Below are positions 61,617-64,000 of a DNA stretch of 64,000 nucleotides, one piece after another. Positions within the stretch are counted from its first letter, which is position 1; the number at the start of each line of letters is the position of its first letter. A program made the translations under genes and the position numbers. The stretch lies in contig CAVPJG010000007.1 of assembly GCA_963705205.1 (NCBI GenBank), positions 84,336 to 148,335 on the forward strand, given 5' to 3'. The DNA is from an uncultured Thermoleophilia bacterium. GTDB taxonomy: Bacteria; Actinomycetota; Thermoleophilia; UBA2241. The notes below the pieces were generated by a model, which was given only the letters and a program-made list of their open reading frames with translations, was not told where the DNA came from and ran no database searches.

Positions 61617-62357
61617 ATGAATACTGGCAAAGCCGCGGTCGCGGAGTTCTTCGGGACCTTCTGGCTCGTCTTCGGCGGCACGGGCGCGGCCGTCCTGGCC
61701 GCCTCGGTCGGAGACAACGGCATCGGGTGGCTGGGTGTGTCCCTCGCCTTCGGCCTGACGGTCGTGACCATGGCCTACGCGGTGGGCCATATCTCGGGCG
61801 GGCACTTCAACCCCGCCGTCACCGTCGGGCTGTGGGCCGGCGGGCGATTCCCGGGCGGCAAGGTGGCCGTCTACATCGTCGCGCAGGTCGTGGGCGCGAT
61901 CGCCGCGTCCGCCGTTCTGTACGTGATCGCCTCCGGGAGGGCGGGCTTCTCGCTCGCCGACGGCTTCGCCGCCAACGGCTACGGCGACCACTCCCCGGCC
62001 GGCTACTCGCTCGCTGCCGCGATCGTGATCGAACTGCTGCTCACCTTCGCCTTCCTGCTCGTCATCCACGGGGTGACGGATAGGCGCGCGCCCGCGGGCC
62101 TCGCGCCGCTGGCGATCGGCCTCACCCTGACCCTGATCCACCTGATCAGCATCCCGGTGACCAACACCTCCGTGAACCCGGCGCGCAGCCTCGCGCCGGC
62201 GCTGTTCGTCGGCGACTGGGCGCTCGCCCAGCTCTGGGTGTTCATCATCTTCCCGACGATCGGCGGCATCATCGGCGGGCTCGCTTACCGCTACCTCCTT
62301 GAGGTGCCGGCCGGCGAGCGCGACAAGGTGGAGGGGCCGGGCGAGGCGACGGAGTAG
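61617..62357 (+). CDS. aqpZ: aquaporin Z (MIP family water channel)
   Basis: Two NPA motifs ([14 protein letters not shown] and [15 protein letters not shown]), six TM helices. Length 246 aa. Confidence 0.9.
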   Translation: MNTGKAAVAEFFGTFWLVFGGTGAAVLAASVGDNGIGWLGVSLAFGLTVVTMAYAVGHISGGHFNPAVTVGLWAGGRFPGGKVAVYIVAQVVGAIAASAVLYVIASGRAGFSLADGFAANGYGDHSPAGYSLAAAIVIELLLTFAFLLVIHGVTDRRAPAGLAPLAIGLTLTLIHLISIPVTNTSVNPARSLAPALFVGDWALAQLWVFIIFPTIGGIIGGLAYRYLLEVPAGERDKVEGPGEATE

Positions 62358-62489
62358 CCCTCGCCTCACGCTCCGGGCCATCCTGGGCCGGGGCACGGGC
62401 GTGGCCGCACTCACAAGCGGCGGCTCCCGCGCCCCGGCCTCTGCTATGCTCGCCGCATCCTCGCACCCGGAGTCCGCGGAGGAGGTCTC

Positions 62490-62717
62490 ATGGCGGTGCT
62501 GCCGGTCGTCAACACCCCTGCCTGCGGGAGTGAAGGGCCGTCGCTCGAACAGATGCTGACGGGCCTCCTGGAGAGGGGAGTAGGGGTGAGCTGCTGTGGC
62601 ACCTGCCGCGCGACGAGTGGCCTCAGCAGAGGTCAGCTCATCCAGGAAGCCCGGATGGCCACCATCCACGACCTGGCCGAGGCGACGGTGCGCAGCGACC
62701 GGGTCGTCTCGTTCTGA
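62490..62717 (+). CDS. small DsrE/DsrF/TusB-like protein (hypothetical; possibly N-terminally truncated)
   Basis: The C-terminal half resembles the DsrE-family tail (VGVSCCGTCRATSGLSRGQLIQEARMATIHDLAEATVRSDRVVSF). It is only 75 aa, and the expected ~40 N-terminal residues are not found in frame. Confidence 0.3.
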   Translation: MAVLPVVNTPACGSEGPSLEQMLTGLLERGVGVSCCGTCRATSGLSRGQLIQEARMATIHDLAEATVRSDRVVSF

Positions 62718-62725
62718 GGCGGGTC

Positions 62726-64000
62726 GTGACGCGCCTGCCCGCAGTCTGCCTCCCGCTCCAGCGGCGGGTTGCGGACGCGATCGCCGCGACTCGGTCACTG
62801 CGACCGGGGGAGCACGCGCTGCTCCTGCTCTCCGGCGGCGCCGACTCCATGGCGCTGCTCGCGCTCGTGCAGGCGGCGGATCGCCGTCTCGTGCTCGGTC
62901 TGCGCCTCGCTGCACTGCATGTGGACTACGGCCTGCGCGGCGCCGACTCGGACCGCGACCGCCTGATCGTCGAGCGCGCCTGCGCGGAGGCCGGGCTGCC
63001 GCTGCACGTGGAACGGCTTCACGGCAGCCTCACCGGGCGGGACTTCCAGGCGCGCGCCCGCGCGCAGCGGTACGGGCGGGCGCGTGAACTGGCCGCGGAG
63101 CACGGCTACGATGTGATCGTCACGGCGCACAACCGCGACGACCAGGCCGAGACCGTGCTGTACCGGCTGGTCAAGTACGCGTCGCCGCGCGGGCTGGCCG
63201 GCATGCGGCCGCGGCACGGCGACCTCGCACGGCCGTTGCTCGGCGCCGGTGCCGTCGAGCTCCGGGAGTACTGCCGGGCGGCCGGCATCGACTTCGGCGA
63301 GGACGTGACGAACTCCGAGCCGCGCTACGCTCGCAACCTGCTGCGCCTCGAGGCGCTGCCGCTGCTCGAGGTGCTGAACCCACGACTCGCGGAGACGCTG
63401 GCGGCCGGCGCGGAGCAGGCCGCGGCCGAGGCGCAGGTGCTCGGCGAGGTGGCGGCCGAGGCACGCGCCCGGGTGGAGCGCCCGTGCGGCCGCGGTGACC
63501 ACGCTGCCGTCGACCTCGCCGGGTTGGCGGCGGAGCCGGCGGCGCTCAGGGCGCTACTGCTGCACGAGCTGCTGCGCGAGGCGATGGGCGGCGACGCCCT
63601 CGTGGAGCGGCGCCTCGTCGAGGCGGTCCTGAGCCTAGCCGAACGCGCCGACGACGCCGGCCGCGTGAGCCTCGGCCGCGGCCTCGAGGCGGTGCGCGGT
63701 CGCGGCGTGCTGCACATCCGTCCCATCGTCGCCGGTCACGCCTGCGTGCCGGTCGCCCTCAGGGGTACGGGCCTTGCGGCCGCCGGGGAGGCGGGCGTCA
63801 CCGCCTGGTTCTGCGGCGGCCTCTGGCGCGTCCGCCTGCTCCCCGGCGCGGCGCTCGACCGTGAGGCTGCGCTCGCCGGCGAGGGGTTCGCCGGCCTGGC
63901 CGGGCCGCCGCGGCGGGTGACGCTGCGCCATCCGCGTCGCGGAGAGCGGTTCGCGCCGCTCGGGCTCGGTGGCGAGACCACGGTCGCTCGCCACCTCGCC
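62726..64000 (+). CDS. tilS: tRNA(Ile)-lysidine synthetase, 3' end outside the window
   Basis: Translated manually because it is absent from the ORF track (no stop in window). PP-loop LLLLSGGADSMALLAL, HNRDDQAETVLYRL, and C-terminal RHPRRGERFAPLG. The ORF is open to base 64000. Confidence 0.85.
   Translation, partial: MTRLPAVCLPLQRRVADAIAATRSLRPGEHALLLLSGGADSMALLALVQAADRRLVLGLRLAALHVDYGLRGADSDRDRLIVERACAEAGLPLHVERLHGSLTGRDFQARARAQRYGRARELAAEHGYDVIVTAHNRDDQAETVLYRLVKYASPRGLAGMRPRHGDLARPLLGAGAVELREYCRAAGIDFGEDVTNSEPRYARNLLRLEALPLLEVLNPRLAETLAAGAEQAAAEAQVLGEVAAEARARVERPCGRGDHAAVDLAGLAAEPAALRALLLHELLREAMGGDALVERRLVEAVLSLAERADDAGRVSLGRGLEAVRGRGVLHIRPIVAGHACVPVALRGTGLAAAGEAGVTAWFCGGLWRVRLLPGAALDREAALAGEGFAGLAGPPRRVTLRHPRRGERFAPLGLGGETTVARHLA

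Noticed and set aside
62299-62559. 86-aa ORF overlapping the DsrE-like gene in another frame.
   Set aside because: Arg/Ser-rich low-complexity translation with no RBS, so it is a shadow ORF.

Overview
This is a high-GC (~72%) chromosomal segment that looks actinobacterial. Its gene order (rplM-rpsI-glmM ... glmS-acpS-nnr-CBS-alr ... tsaE-tsaB-rimI-tsaD ... groES-groEL) matches the conserved actinobacterial housekeeping backbone. Coding is dense and many adjacent genes share GTGA/ATGA start-stop overlaps.

Recognised genes and RNAs: ribosomal proteins L13 and S9, GlmM, RidA, a glmS ribozyme followed by GlmS, AcpS, Nnr, Alr, the CCA-adding enzyme, Fpg, PanC, the t6A operon, GroES/GroEL preceded by a sigma-70-like promoter and a CIRCE element, Ald, initiator tRNA-Met, AqpZ and TilS.

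Accessory content inserted into this backbone:
- a secreted beta-helix protein with a Pro/Thr linker;
- a hexulose-6-phosphate synthase/RraA-like fusion translationally coupled to yjbQ and panC;
- two paralogous alpha/beta-hydrolase-adenylyl-cyclase genes flanking a tandem cNMP-binding protein;
- an ~20 kb candidate catabolic island, which I consider the most likely undescribed system in the window. It contains a Dpp-like ABC transporter with two C-terminally anchored binding proteins, MttB-family and pterin-binding methyltransferases without an adjacent corrinoid protein, DmpA, a C45 peptidase, a D-aminoacylase, ALDH, a PHP phosphatase and a PucR regulator;
- a tungsten-type aldehyde:ferredoxin oxidoreductase.

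Four conserved genes carry single-base frameshifts at short G/C runs: alr, the HPS/RraA fusion, an acetolactate-synthase-like TPP enzyme and the second binding protein. This points to indel errors in the assembly or to gene decay. tsaD carries a perfect 3x51-bp in-frame tandem repeat at its 5' end. I saw no CRISPR array, transposase or integrase.
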